A stretch of DNA of 64,000 bases. Source: a virus. The position numbers and the translations under genes were made by a program. Of this stretch, positions 18,032-27,253 are shown in pieces (the stretch's first letter is position 1; every line of letters starts with the position of its first letter). The notes below the pieces were generated by a model that saw only the letters and a list, made by a program, of their open reading frames with translations, was not told the DNA's origin and made no database searches. The stretch spans positions 1 through 64,000 of IMG/VR virus record IMGVR_UViG_3300045988_161338, one strand, 5' to 3'.

Positions 18032-18512
18032 CTACAACCTCCCAATCTTCCGCAAATACGTCAGATGAAGAAGGAACCCAAGAATCTGCTCTTCCATCTG
18101 GATTGATGATAAGCATCTGATTGGTGTAGTCAATGTGAGGATTCTTACGGCTCATCAAGATGGTTTTGGCAGACTTAGGGAGAGACTGCATCTTTGGAAT
18201 GATGTCACCTGTTATGTGGGAAGGAACCTGCTTGACAACAAACAAGCCCTTTCCATTCCATCCTTCTCTACGGACAGCAAGACCAGACTTCAATGCCTCA
18301 ACAGCTTCACCAAAGAACATTTTTCCAAAGCGGTGATATGCTTCATTAAAAACACTTGCAGGAGACCACGATTTATAGCCATCCTTGTACTCAACCAAGA
18401 AGCCGTCTTCCTCAACGGTTGCTGGCTTCAATTCTCTACCAAGCACTTTCTGTGCTTCTGTCATTGTCATAGGCTCTGCCTTGACAACTTTAATTCCAAT
18501 GAACTTTTTCAT
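18024..18512 (-). CDS. DUF2829/Tad2-like protein (candidate anti-Thoeris signal sponge)
   Basis: The C-terminal half, FGEAVEALKSGLAVRREGWNGKGLFVV ... ADSWVPSSSDVFAEDWEVV, matches the remembered DUF2829 pattern. The N-terminal KAEPMT...GYKSWSPASVFNEAY module often accompanies that domain. Confidence 0.6.
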   Translation of the reverse strand: MKKFIGIKVVKAEPMTMTEAQKVLGRELKPATVEEDGFLVEYKDGYKSWSPASVFNEAYHRFGKMFFGEAVEALKSGLAVRREGWNGKGLFVVKQVPSHITGDIIPKMQSLPKSAKTILMSRKNPHIDYTNQMLIINPDGRADSWVPSSSDVFAEDWEVVDE

Positions 18513-18530
18513 ATTACTATCTGTTTATAG

Positions 18531-19439
18531 TTACTCAGTTACTTCGACAAATTCGCCGTCTTTGAGTTTATACCAGGTGTCGGGCTTGATTTTGATGCCG
18601 TCGACACGCTCCGTCTTTACGCACACGGGGACCAAACAGCCTTTTCTTTCATCACGATCCCACTCTGCAAGGGTTATCCAGGAGCCAATCTTTGCTTTGG
18701 CAACAGAACCAAGGCCTGAACACATGATAACCGAATTTTCTCCAGTGCTATCTATCTTGGCGTTGAAGCCCGAAGAGCTAACTTGAGCCATTTCGCCTGA
18801 CGAGCCAATTTGGGAATAGTCGCCTGACGAGCCAATTTGGGCATAGTCGCCCGAAGAGCCTATCTGAGCATAGCCGCCTGAAGAGCCTATCTGAGCATAG
18901 CCGCCTGAAGAGCCTATCTTGGCTTCGATGCCCGACGAGCCTATCTTGGCTTCGATGCCTGACGAGCCTATCTTGACACAGTCACCAGATGAGCCTATCT
19001 TGACGTTATTGCCTGACGAGCCAATTTGGGCATAGTCGCCTGACGAGCCAATTTGGGCATAGTCGCCTGACGAGCCAATTTTGGCATAGTTGCCCTCCGC
19101 GTCGCCTTTATAAGGCGATGTGAGGTTCTTAAGCCACTCGACACCGATATTGATGATGTCAGCCAGCTTCAACTCTGCTTTGATTTTGATTTGCGAGGAG
19201 CAGATCTTTGTTGGATGCTTTCCTGTGCTAATCTTGCCCGACTGTTCTACCTCTGCGAAGCGCGAGGTTAACATGTCGTAATAATCCCACACCTCCATTG
19301 GAGACTCGCAAGCATGGAAGCCACGCTTACAGCATTGGATGTCGCCATTCATGTCGTACTCTTTTCCGACTTCGTATTGAAAGCCCCGGCATCGCATGTT
19401 TTCGTCGAAGGCTTTGTATGATTTGATTGGTTTGTTCAT
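18531..19439 (-). CDS. protein with about 11 tandem nonapeptide repeats (IGSSGxxxx)
   Basis: 302 aa. A Cys-containing N-terminal domain, then a KIGSSGDYAQ-type repeat array, then a C-terminal domain. Confidence 0.7.
   Translation of the reverse strand: MNKPIKSYKAFDENMRCRGFQYEVGKEYDMNGDIQCCKRGFHACESPMEVWDYYDMLTSRFAEVEQSGKISTGKHPTKICSSQIKIKAELKLADIINIGVEWLKNLTSPYKGDAEGNYAKIGSSGDYAQIGSSGDYAQIGSSGNNVKIGSSGDCVKIGSSGIEAKIGSSGIEAKIGSSGGYAQIGSSGGYAQIGSSGDYAQIGSSGDYSQIGSSGEMAQVSSSGFNAKIDSTGENSVIMCSGLGSVAKAKIGSWITLAEWDRDERKGCLVPVCVKTERVDGIKIKPDTWYKLKDGEFVEVTE
18794..19092. repeat. in-frame 27-nt tandem repeat array (about 11 units)
   Basis: Units such as CGCCTGACGAGCCAATTTGGGCATAGT, several identical or near-identical. 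Confidence 0.85.
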
Positions 19440-19551
19440 AATCTTTATTGATGTTGTTGTGTCTCATCTCCTTCCTTGGTAACAGCAAGGAGGAGATGAG
19501 GATATAGCAGCCCCCGTCCTAAACGTTTGTAAAAGACGGGGTACACAATAA

Positions 19552-20535
19552 TTATTTAGTCATCATAATTTGCGGTACGTTTCCATAAACAGGAAGCTTG
19601 CCATCCCATTTTTCAATCCACATCTTTTTAAGGATGGCTGGAGTAAGAGTTGCAGATTTAAGCTCATTGGCTTCGCGCTCGGCACGAGCCTGTACAAGCA
19701 TCTTCTCAGCTTCAGCTTTTTTGACGGCCACCTCGTTGAGTGCTCGCTGTGCCTCCTGGATAGCCTTGTTCTTCTGGTTGACAGCCTCGACGATGGAGTT
19801 GGGATATTTGAGTCCTGAGGTAAGCTGCTCAAGATGAAAATGTTCATTGATGAGAGCCTTGCTTAGCTGTGCCTCGATAGCTCGCTCAACCATGTCGCGG
19901 TTGCTGACGATCTGGTCGGTTGTGTACTTGTTGAGCTGTATGCGGAAGGCATCCTTGACATAATTGAAGAGCGTTCCTCCAATAATGTCCTTCAGCTCTT
20001 TGCGGTATTTCTTGAACACCTTTGGCGCATTGCCGTCAATCATCTTTAGAGACACCGTAGGGTCGACGGTAAACTCGGAGCCGTCCTTGGCGTTGATGGT
20101 GAACGCGGGATAGTCGATTGTCTGCACGAACGTGGGGTACTCATAGACCTCTTCTGTGAAGGGGTTGTACCACACGCGGCCTGTAACGAGGCTGACGTCA
20201 TCGACACCTTTTTCAGAACCGTACAGGTTGACGAGGATGCCTTCTGAGCCAGCGTCTATGCGCTCGCTGCAAGAGGTTAGACACGATGCTGCGGCAAGCA
20301 GCGAAAACAGACACACTGATTTAAAATTTCTCATTTTTGTTTGTTTTTTTTTAAAAAAAGATGTTAGACAATTTGTTGCCAAGGACAGGAGCGTCCAGAA
20401 CAGCAAGACGGCGATGCTGACAAGGTTTATTGCCGTGTCGGCCTTGCTCACGCCTCTCAGAGCGGCGCTCAGGACGATGAGCGTCATGACGCCCCATGCC
20501 ACGAAAGAGGCGCTTTTCCATTTTGATATTTTCAT
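19552..20535 (-). CDS. SPFH/band-7 (prohibitin-like) protein, probably a lipoprotein
   Basis: The core has SPFH-like composition, with a coiled coil AIQEAQRALNEVAVKKAEAEKMLVQARAEREANE. An internal Met at 20334 gives MRNFKSVCLFSLLAAASCLTSC (lipobox). The 67 upstream in-frame codons add 2 TM helices. Confidence 0.6.
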   Translation of the reverse strand: MKISKWKSASFVAWGVMTLIVLSAALRGVSKADTAINLVSIAVLLFWTLLSLATNCLTSFFKKKQTKMRNFKSVCLFSLLAAASCLTSCSERIDAGSEGILVNLYGSEKGVDDVSLVTGRVWYNPFTEEVYEYPTFVQTIDYPAFTINAKDGSEFTVDPTVSLKMIDGNAPKVFKKYRKELKDIIGGTLFNYVKDAFRIQLNKYTTDQIVSNRDMVERAIEAQLSKALINEHFHLEQLTSGLKYPNSIVEAVNQKNKAIQEAQRALNEVAVKKAEAEKMLVQARAEREANELKSATLTPAILKKMWIEKWDGKLPVYGNVPQIMMTK

Positions 20536-20547
20536 ATTTTTGTTTTG

Positions 20548-20760
20548 TTAGACATCTGCATTTGTTATGTTGATTTCTATTTTTACCTTGTATGAACCAA
20601 GATCGCCCATGCTTTGGAGTATGAGGTCGCGAAGATATTTTCCAAGTCGATGAACCAGGTTTTCAGCTTTATCTTGCGTAACGTCTATAACTTGTGAAAA
20701 ACCTTCTCCACGCACGATATAACCATTATCAACCATTTCTATGGTTAGAGCATCTTTCAT
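20548..20760 (-). CDS. hypothetical protein
   Basis: 70-aa ORF. Confidence 0.5.
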   Translation of the reverse strand: MKDALTIEMVDNGYIVRGEGFSQVIDVTQDKAENLVHRLGKYLRDLILQSMGDLGSYKVKIEINITNADV

Positions 20761-21035
20761 TTGTCGCCTCCTTTCTCTTTTTCGTGTACATTATTTTTCA
20801 TATTATCTATTTCGTCTGTTATATTGCCCATTTCGTCTGTTATATACTTGTACACCTTGCGACACCACTCTTCGGGAGGTGTGCCATAGAGAGAGTCGGC
20901 CTTTTGCTTTATGCTATTGATTCTATTTAGCATGCAAAAATGCCAGAACAGGTAGGAGGGTGCCTTTTCCCTTGCTAACTCTTGTTTTGTGACTCCACCG
21001 AGGAGGTGGATGAGATAAGACTTTATATGTTTCAT
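20757..21035 (-). CDS. hypothetical protein
   Basis: 92-aa ORF with a 4-nt overlap. Confidence 0.5.
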   Translation of the reverse strand: MKHIKSYLIHLLGGVTKQELAREKAPSYLFWHFCMLNRINSIKQKADSLYGTPPEEWCRKVYKYITDEMGNITDEIDNMKNNVHEKEKGGDK

Positions 21036-21049
21036 ATTGTTGATGATTG

Positions 21050-21247
21050 TTAATTGCGCATGATGTGGACTTTCACAGCCTTGCCAGCAGCGTGAGGCTG
21101 GCTGCGGTTGAACTCTTTTATGAACTGCTCTTCAAGCTGTTCTATGAAGAGCGGCTTGCGAGGCTGCGGTATGGAGAGCGTGGCCTGTACTTTATGTCCG
21201 CCACTGAGGGTGATGATGCAGCGGCGCGTGATGAACAATGATTGCAT
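21050..21247 (-). CDS. hypothetical protein
   Basis: 65-aa ORF. Confidence 0.45.
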   Translation of the reverse strand: MQSLFITRRCIITLSGGHKVQATLSIPQPRKPLFIEQLEEQFIKEFNRSQPHAAGKAVKVHIMRN

Positions 21248-21259
21248 GACTTTGTTGTT

Positions 21260-21394
21260 TTAAGGGTTATCGTTATGTCGCCCACACCAAAGCTCTATCT
21301 CGATGCGAGCGCCAGCCCAGATGGCCTGTTGTGGCGTAGCGTCAGGATGCTCGGCGAGCCATTGGGCGATCAGGGAACTGAGAGACTTTTTCAT
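21260..21394 (-). CDS. hypothetical small protein
   Basis: 44 aa translated by hand (MKKSLSSLIAQWLAEHPD...). Confidence 0.4.
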   Translation of the reverse strand: MKKSLSSLIAQWLAEHPDATPQQAIWAGARIEIELWCGRHNDNP

Positions 21395-21398
21395 AAGA

Positions 21399-22001
21399 TT
21401 ATCTTCTTAGCGACGGTCCGTTGAAGGAAACGATGGACGTTGTTGCCCGCAAGCGGTCTATCGTTCTTTCGCCGTACTTGGCAGACAGCTCGGGGACGGT
21501 GAGATTGGAAGAGAAGATGAGGAGATTTCCTTCTGCTTCGGCCTGATCGCACAGTTCAAGGAAAGGGATGCGCTTGTTGCCATAGATGTTTGAGACATCT
21601 TCTGTGCCGACATCATCTATGTAGACGAGGTGGCGAGACAAGACCTCCTGGGGAATGGTGTTGAGCTGCTGTGCGGAATAGGCATATATGTTCTTGTTGC
21701 AAAAGAAGCGTATGAGGTAAGGCAGGGCATACTTGCCTATGAGAGATTTTCCGCGCCCACAGGAGCCTATGAGGCAGAGGCCACGTCCGCGGTTGCGGGT
21801 CATCCAGTTGACGATGGGCCTGTACTCGCGCTCGTTCCAGATGGCTTCTGTTGTCTGGCCCCTTGAGAAGCGGTTGACAAGATAGTTGAGTGCGCTGCGC
21901 AGATGCTTCTCGGCATCGGGTATGGAGATGTAGACGGGATGGGGCAGCGGAATCCACTCGTCGTAATCGTCGATGAGTTGTTGAAAATCGAAATCTACCA
22001 T
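21399..22001 (-). CDS. DnaC/IstB-like AAA+ helicase loader
   Basis: Walker A GSCGRGKS and Walker B LVYIDDVG. Located downstream of an initiator-like gene. Confidence 0.75.
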   Translation of the reverse strand: MVDFDFQQLIDDYDEWIPLPHPVYISIPDAEKHLRSALNYLVNRFSRGQTTEAIWNEREYRPIVNWMTRNRGRGLCLIGSCGRGKSLIGKYALPYLIRFFCNKNIYAYSAQQLNTIPQEVLSRHLVYIDDVGTEDVSNIYGNKRIPFLELCDQAEAEGNLLIFSSNLTVPELSAKYGERTIDRLRATTSIVSFNGPSLRR

Positions 22002-22621
22002 AGAGACTGTTCATAATCTTTCTTTTGGGTGTCTTGCACGACGACACCCAAAGATGTGTTGTTAGAGTGTTTAAAATCGGTTCTGCTCCATCGTGAGAGT
22101 CGGCGGCCGATGTCGAAGGTCGGTTCTTTCTCGTAGCGCATCTTTGAACCATGCTCGTTGTGCTCGGTCCAATATTGGCAAAAGTTGTCAAGCATCTTAG
22201 AGCTGTATTTGTCCTTGAAAGCGTTGACCTTTGCTACGAAAGCAGCAGCCCGTCGCCCGATGTCGTCGGCAGGCTTAGGCGAAGACGGCTTTTCCTTCTT
22301 GGGAGCGGGAGCGGATGGATGCGACCATATCGTCATCGTATCGCCATCGTATTGGGGACGTTTGTAACTTGCTATATTACAGACCATTAAGCCCGATTTT
22401 TTGTATCGCGACCGTATCGCGACCGTATCGACAAGGTGTTTTGCAGCCAGAAGCTGCACAAGCCGCTGCACCCTCGCCTTTGAACACGCGAAGACTTTAG
22501 CTATGTCGGCATAGCTAAGAAGAACCACCCCCTCGTTGTCAGCTTGTGATACGAGAAAGAAGAGGAGACAGGAGGCCAACGGATTGCCAATGTCGGTCGG
22601 TAAGGAGTCGCGGAAAAACAT
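21995..22621 (-). CDS. replication-initiator-like winged-helix protein
   Basis: N-terminal LSYADIAKVFACSKARVQRLVQLL HTH. Position just upstream of the loader. Confidence 0.45.
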   Translation of the reverse strand: MFFRDSLPTDIGNPLASCLLFFLVSQADNEGVVLLSYADIAKVFACSKARVQRLVQLLAAKHLVDTVAIRSRYKKSGLMVCNIASYKRPQYDGDTMTIWSHPSAPAPKKEKPSSPKPADDIGRRAAAFVAKVNAFKDKYSSKMLDNFCQYWTEHNEHGSKMRYEKEPTFDIGRRLSRWSRTDFKHSNNTSLGVVVQDTQKKDYEQSLW

Positions 22622-22633
22622 GGATGACAGTAT

Positions 22634-23068
22634 TTAGATGAACCGCTTGCTGCGTTCGATGTCGTGCTGCATGTGAAGAACGGCGACATATTCGTCGGCC
22701 GGTGCTATGTAGACCCCGTTCTCAGCGGCAAAGGAGAGGAAGCGGTCGATGGCCACACCCATCTCCTCTTTAGACAGCTCCGTTGTGGAGCGTAGATAGG
22801 AGCGCGAGGTGTTAAGGATATGGTCGAAGCGCGTGCGGACGAAAAGCGTGGGGTTGCAATGGCGCTTGAAATAATCGTCTTTGACCTCTTGCAAGGTAAG
22901 CCCCACCTGCAAGGCAAAGAAGGCGAGAGCCGTGTGGAGGTAAGCGTTCTGGGCCAGAGACCTCGGACGCTTCTCCACAAGCTCCACCATTGTCTGCTTG
23001 CAGGCGAGGTTCTTTGCCTTGCACAGGAAAGCCTCCCTTTCAAGCTCGTTGGCGAGGTTATACATCAT
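22634..23068 (-). CDS. NinB/Orf-family recombination mediator-like protein
   Basis: RSLAQNAYLH and STTELSKEEMGVAIDRFLSFAAENGV parallel lambda NinB RSLDQN...STSRMRVGEFAELLELIQAFG. Confidence 0.55.
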   Translation of the reverse strand: MMYNLANELEREAFLCKAKNLACKQTMVELVEKRPRSLAQNAYLHTALAFFALQVGLTLQEVKDDYFKRHCNPTLFVRTRFDHILNTSRSYLRSTTELSKEEMGVAIDRFLSFAAENGVYIAPADEYVAVLHMQHDIERSKRFI

Positions 23069-23119
23069 AGCAGTGTAGCGTTAAGATGTGTTATAAGATA
23101 CTGTACCACCTTATCGGTG

Positions 23120-23524
23120 TCAAAAGGGGAGGTCGTCGGACGATTGTGACGCGGTCTGCGCGGCAGGCTGCTGCGGCGGGAACGGGTTCTGCGGGTTCAT
23201 GGGGTTTGCTGCTCCCTGCAAAGCCGTTGTCACGCTTGCTGCGTTCTGCTGCACGGTGCGCGTGATGTTCCACGCCTTGATCTCGTTGTAGAAGCGTCCG
23301 TTGTATTCGTGGGCGTCGATGTCGAAATCGACGACGACATTAACCTCTCCCTCCTTTGGCGCGAGAGCCTTGATGCGCTCCTCTCCAAAGATGTTGAGAG
23401 CTATGCGACGCGCGTACTGTCCAGGTACTTGCACGACGAAATCGAGCGAGCACCACTGCTTGCCGCTTGACGAGGTGCCTGAGCGCGGCTCAAACACCTT
23501 AACGATGTTTCCTTGTATCTGCAT
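23120..23524 (-). CDS. ssb: single-stranded DNA-binding protein
   Basis: Start MQIQGNIVKVF at 23524. OB-fold-like N-terminus, a Gln/Pro-rich linker and an acidic C-terminal tip DDLPF. Confidence 0.85.
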   Translation of the reverse strand: MQIQGNIVKVFEPRSGTSSSGKQWCSLDFVVQVPGQYARRIALNIFGEERIKALAPKEGEVNVVVDFDIDAHEYNGRFYNEIKAWNITRTVQQNAASVTTALQGAANPMNPQNPFPPQQPAAQTASQSSDDLPF

Positions 23525-23526
23525 TG

Positions 23527-24285
23527 TTACTTTATTGTTTGATTTAAAAGATAGCTTGTGAGCGAGCGCTTGTCGGCCCACTCAAGAAATTCTTCGAGAA
23601 GGATGCGGTTGTCGCGTTCCATGTCGGCATAGCGATAGAGACAGATGGGCGGCGTGTGAGGCGTGAGGGGCAAGCCGCGCACGTCGTAGCCATGTTTCTC
23701 AAGCTTATATCCTTCAAAGCAGAAGAGGTCGAAAGAGAACACGTCGGCGCCGAAGATCTGAAGATAATAGCGCCACTGGCAGGAGTTGACATAGGAGTCG
23801 TCCTGCGGTGGCGAGAACTTTGTCTTGATGTCGCGTATCTGAACACAGTCGATCATGTCGGCACAGCCTGTGACTTCGGCAGGGCCAAAGTCGTAGAAAC
23901 GCCGAACCTCATGGAAGGCGTTGATGTGGCGATAGCGATAATCGAGCGCGACCTTGATCTGTGCGAGGTCGAGCGTGACCTCATGGCCGTCGACGAGGAA
24001 CGTGCGCCCCTCGGGGACAGGCTCCTGCTTCTCCTTGCCATAATAAGAGAAAGAGCGTGAGCCTGCCGGTGCGAGCGAGCACGGCTGACAGCCTGTCTGC
24101 ACGAGGGCATGGAAGGCTGTGCCTATGCGCGTCATCTCGTTTCCCTGGAAAGCCCCCGTGATGCTATCTATGACAGACTGTTCAGGAATTTCATAGTTGT
24201 CGTGTTCAGACTGATAGAAATAGCGGCGGAAGGCTTCGATCTGCGTGACGCGGACGAGAGGTTTACTGTTTTGCGTTGTCGGCAT
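23527..24285 (-). CDS. PD-(D/E)XK (RecB/Cas4-like) nuclease
   Basis: ADMID..IRDIKT (D...D-x-K) and QWRYY (QxxxY) motifs. Start taken at Met 24285 inside the listed ORF. Confidence 0.6.
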   Translation of the reverse strand: MPTTQNSKPLVRVTQIEAFRRYFYQSEHDNYEIPEQSVIDSITGAFQGNEMTRIGTAFHALVQTGCQPCSLAPAGSRSFSYYGKEKQEPVPEGRTFLVDGHEVTLDLAQIKVALDYRYRHINAFHEVRRFYDFGPAEVTGCADMIDCVQIRDIKTKFSPPQDDSYVNSCQWRYYLQIFGADVFSFDLFCFEGYKLEKHGYDVRGLPLTPHTPPICLYRYADMERDNRILLEEFLEWADKRSLTSYLLNQTIK

Positions 24286-25222
24286 TGTCGTTAGCGTTTT
24301 CGTCCTTGCCCTTGTTCTTCTTCTTTTTGTCCTCCTTTTGCTCGGGGAGCGTGAACTTGCCGTCGGCATAGGCGAAGCCCCTGCCTGTGAGAGCAGCGTT
24401 GATCTCGGCGAAGAACGGGCGTTTCATTATGGCGGGCAGCTCCTTGCAGGCAGAGAGGAGAGCAGCGGCGCTGTCGTTGTCGTCGACCTTTGCGAGATCT
24501 TCGCGGAGCTTTGTTATGAGCACGTTTGCCTTGCGCTGCGCCTCAGAATGGGACTGTATGGAGGTCTTTACCTGCTTGACGATATTCGCCATGAACGCAG
24601 AGAACTCGGGCGAGGACGCATCGGGTATGGGCATCGGCTTGATCTGAGCCACGTTCTTTCCGACGAAATTGTCGGAAGGGTCGAAGGTGATGTGACGCTT
24701 GCCGTTGACGATAGAGATGTAGCCCACCTGGTCGGCCTTGCGCAGGAGGAGGTCTTTAGACTGTCCTGTGCAGTCGGGCGAATGGCGTACCACATCGCCC
24801 TCAGATGTCTCCTTGTCGTGACAGACAAAGATGAGGTCGGTGCCGTTAGACTGTAGGGTGCCGACGAACGCCTTGAACTCGTCACCCATCTGTCCGAAGC
24901 GTTTAAGAGAGTTGGTGCGCAGCTTGTAGTTTTGCTTGCACACATACTCGGAGAGAAAATCGTCGAGCATGGCTTTCGCCGTGTCACAGATGATGGTGTG
25001 GTAAGCGGCAAAGTCGGGTATGGCAGCGAGGATTTCCTCCCATGTGTTAACGCAGAGCGTGTCGACGCGCTGCACGGCGCGGTCGAAGCCACGGTCACAG
25101 TCGATAAGGATCGGCGCGTCGGCGGTTGTCGCGAGCGACGTCTTACCAGAGCCCGGTGTGCCGTAGATGACGATAACGACGGGTCGCTCAGGTGCGACTT
25201 CGTTTTTCTTGATAATTGGCAT
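24263..25222 (-). CDS. Sak4-like RecA-fold ATPase (ssDNA annealing/recombination)
   Basis: VIVIYGTPGSGKTSLA Walker A near the N-terminus and LIFVCHD Walker B. Sits next to the nuclease and SSB. Confidence 0.6.
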   Translation of the reverse strand: MPIIKKNEVAPERPVVIVIYGTPGSGKTSLATTADAPILIDCDRGFDRAVQRVDTLCVNTWEEILAAIPDFAAYHTIICDTAKAMLDDFLSEYVCKQNYKLRTNSLKRFGQMGDEFKAFVGTLQSNGTDLIFVCHDKETSEGDVVRHSPDCTGQSKDLLLRKADQVGYISIVNGKRHITFDPSDNFVGKNVAQIKPMPIPDASSPEFSAFMANIVKQVKTSIQSHSEAQRKANVLITKLREDLAKVDDNDSAAALLSACKELPAIMKRPFFAEINAALTGRGFAYADGKFTLPEQKEDKKKKNKGKDENANDNADNAKQ

Positions 25223-25233
25223 GATGTGTGTGA

Positions 25234-25428
25234 TTAAATGTGTTTATAGAAAAATATGTCCATTTTGTTGTTGTAGGGTAAACGCTTGCGCTCCTGGATG
25301 TCGACGATGAGAGCCCTTTTTGCGATGTTCTGAATTTCGGAGCGCAGCAGCTCCATGAGGCAAGCGTGGACCGTTCGTAGCGTCTCTGTGGAGATGCTAC
25401 CTCTTGTCGGAAACTGGTCTTCTGTCAT
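25234..25428 (-). CDS. hypothetical protein
   Basis: 64-aa ORF. Confidence 0.45.
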   Translation of the reverse strand: MTEDQFPTRGSISTETLRTVHACLMELLRSEIQNIAKRALIVDIQERKRLPYNNKMDIFFYKHI

Positions 25429-25880
25429 AGGGGCATAACTTTATGGTCGAAGACAAAGGTGGTGATCGGTGTCTCGACGATGGCAATGATGTCGTAATCA
25501 ATCATTGTACCGTCAAAGAAAGAGTTGACGATGCACTTTGCCTCGTTGATGTCTTGAGCATCGACAAGATAAAAGATGTTCTGAGCCTTCTCCTTGCCGT
25601 CGGAACAGACCGTCTGCCTGACCTTCACCTTGAAGAAGCGTTCGCAGAACTGTCCTGCGTAGACCTCGTTGTAAGAGGCGGGTGTGATGGCAAGGATCTG
25701 CAGCTCGGGAGAATCTTCGCCGAGGACCTTAAGTGCGGTTTCTTCAGCATCGCCGAAGGAGGCGGCATCGGTGACGAGAGCTGTTCTGACTCTCTTGACC
25801 ACGCCATCCTTGTCTTGGGAGATGATGCTGGCTTTTACCTCGTAATAGTGGCCGAGGGATGTTGTGATAAGTTTTCCCAT
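25425..25880 (-). CDS. hypothetical protein
   Basis: 151-aa ORF. Confidence 0.6.
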   Translation of the reverse strand: MGKLITTSLGHYYEVKASIISQDKDGVVKRVRTALVTDAASFGDAEETALKVLGEDSPELQILAITPASYNEVYAGQFCERFFKVKVRQTVCSDGKEKAQNIFYLVDAQDINEAKCIVNSFFDGTMIDYDIIAIVETPITTFVFDHKVMPL

Positions 25881-25900
25881 AAAAATCTGTTTTTAAAAAA

Positions 25901-26533
25901 TTATATTGAAGATTTGAAGCATATTCTGTAACGAGCGACATAGAGGTGCTCAAAGGGTGTCCTGTCGGTCTGTTCATCGTAGAAGAGCGTGAAATGACCG
26001 CCGGCTTCGATGTCGCGGAAATAGTTGCGTTCGCGGCAGAGGCGCGTGACCGCTACCTGAGCTTTAGGGTTGAGGAGCGAGATGCGCAGCTTCGTCTTCT
26101 GCGGCATGCCCGACATTATGCGGAAGCGCTCCAATGTGCGTAGGCGCTTCATCTTGGCTATAAACGCCTTGCGCGAAGAGGGGTTGAAGACCCGGTTGAA
26201 CGTGTCTTTATGCTTTAGCCTGAGGCGTTTTTCGGTGTCTTCGGTGTGTTTCAAGCCCATCTTCTTTGCGAGTCGGGCCACGGAAGCATAGGGGATGTCG
26301 AAGGACGAGCTTATCTCCCTCAGAGACATGTAGGGATAATGTTCCTTCACAATGTTCATGCGTTCCTCTGACGGGGTGGACAGAGAGTGGTCGACGATGC
26401 CGCCCTGTGCCTTGATGCAGGCATAAAGAGCGGAGATGCTTACACCCGCGGCTTTTGCCACCTTTGAGCGCGGTCGGTCGTTGATGTGGTCAATGATATA
26501 TTGACATTGCCACGATGTAAGGCGCTTTCCCAT
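25901..26533 (-). CDS. HTH DNA-binding protein
   Basis: PRSKVAKAAGVSISALYACI HTH near the N-terminus. Confidence 0.55.
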   Translation of the reverse strand: MGKRLTSWQCQYIIDHINDRPRSKVAKAAGVSISALYACIKAQGGIVDHSLSTPSEERMNIVKEHYPYMSLREISSSFDIPYASVARLAKKMGLKHTEDTEKRLRLKHKDTFNRVFNPSSRKAFIAKMKRLRTLERFRIMSGMPQKTKLRISLLNPKAQVAVTRLCRERNYFRDIEAGGHFTLFYDEQTDRTPFEHLYVARYRICFKSSI

Positions 26534-26535
26534 TG

Positions 26536-27000
26536 TTATATGATTTTACACCCGGCTGGCGGGTAGTCGATTATGCGCCACTGATGCCTGGGCATGGCAA
26601 TGGCTTTCCTGAAGATAACCACAGGCTCGCCTCCGTGTCGCCGCCTGTTGTGGGCGACGATTTTCTGTATGCACGCTTTCGCCGTGATGTTGAACTCGCG
26701 CATGGTTGCCGTGTAAGAGGACTTCACGTCGCAGATGACGATGCGTCCGCGCTCGAAGAAGATAAAATCGGGCTTGTAATGATGCGGCGAGACGAGCTGC
26801 CTCTTGTCATACCGTATCTTCGTCTTGAGCTGCTTGGGGACGATCATCTCCACTTTTGGGATGATGAGCAGCCGGACCTGTCGATGGATGCAAGAGACAT
26901 CGGGAGAGGCGAGCAGGATTTGATGGTACCTGTACTCATCGGCAGAGTCGTAGACGGCTCCGCCGGATGCGGTGTATTTGTGCTGTACTATTCTGGGCAT
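26536..27000 (-). CDS. DUF1064-like protein (nuclease-fold)
   Basis: YDSADEYRYHQIL ... YKPDFIFF ... ICDVKS pattern. Confidence 0.55.
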   Translation of the reverse strand: MPRIVQHKYTASGGAVYDSADEYRYHQILLASPDVSCIHRQVRLLIIPKVEMIVPKQLKTKIRYDKRQLVSPHHYKPDFIFFERGRIVICDVKSSYTATMREFNITAKACIQKIVAHNRRRHGGEPVVIFRKAIAMPRHQWRIIDYPPAGCKII

Positions 27001-27006
27001 AAGCTA

Positions 27007-27129
27007 TCAGTCTTGTTTTTCGTAACGAAATTCCCAGTTGGGGCATGTCGCCTCAGAAAGGGGCGACGGGTCACGGACGGGGTTGTCACACCATCGTCCG
27101 AAGAGGCATGTGTGGCAGTTATGCGTCAT
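27007..27129 (-). CDS. Cys-rich small protein
   Basis: 40 aa translated by hand (MTHNCHTCLFGRWCDNP...). Confidence 0.35.
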   Translation of the reverse strand: MTHNCHTCLFGRWCDNPVRDPSPLSEATCPNWEFRYEKQD

Positions 27130-27241
27130 TGTGGTCGTTGTTAAAGAATTGAACAATCTTGTCAACGGTTTTCTGTATTGCCCACGCTCCTGCCGTGAGG
27201 GCTATGAGCGTGATGACGGTGGAGATGAGGATTATCTTCAT
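27119..27241 (-). CDS. small single-TM protein
   Basis: 40 aa translated by hand (MKIILISTVITLIALTAGAWA...). Confidence 0.35.
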   Translation of the reverse strand: MKIILISTVITLIALTAGAWAIQKTVDKIVQFFNNDHNDA

Positions 27242-27253
27242 GATGCGTTGGTT

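Noticed and set aside
18794-19092. A CRISPR-like array (also considered for 58306-58552 and 33806-33985)
   Set aside because: The 27-nt units are contiguous and in frame with no spacers. The other arrays are 8-16-nt iteron-like boxes. No cas genes are present.
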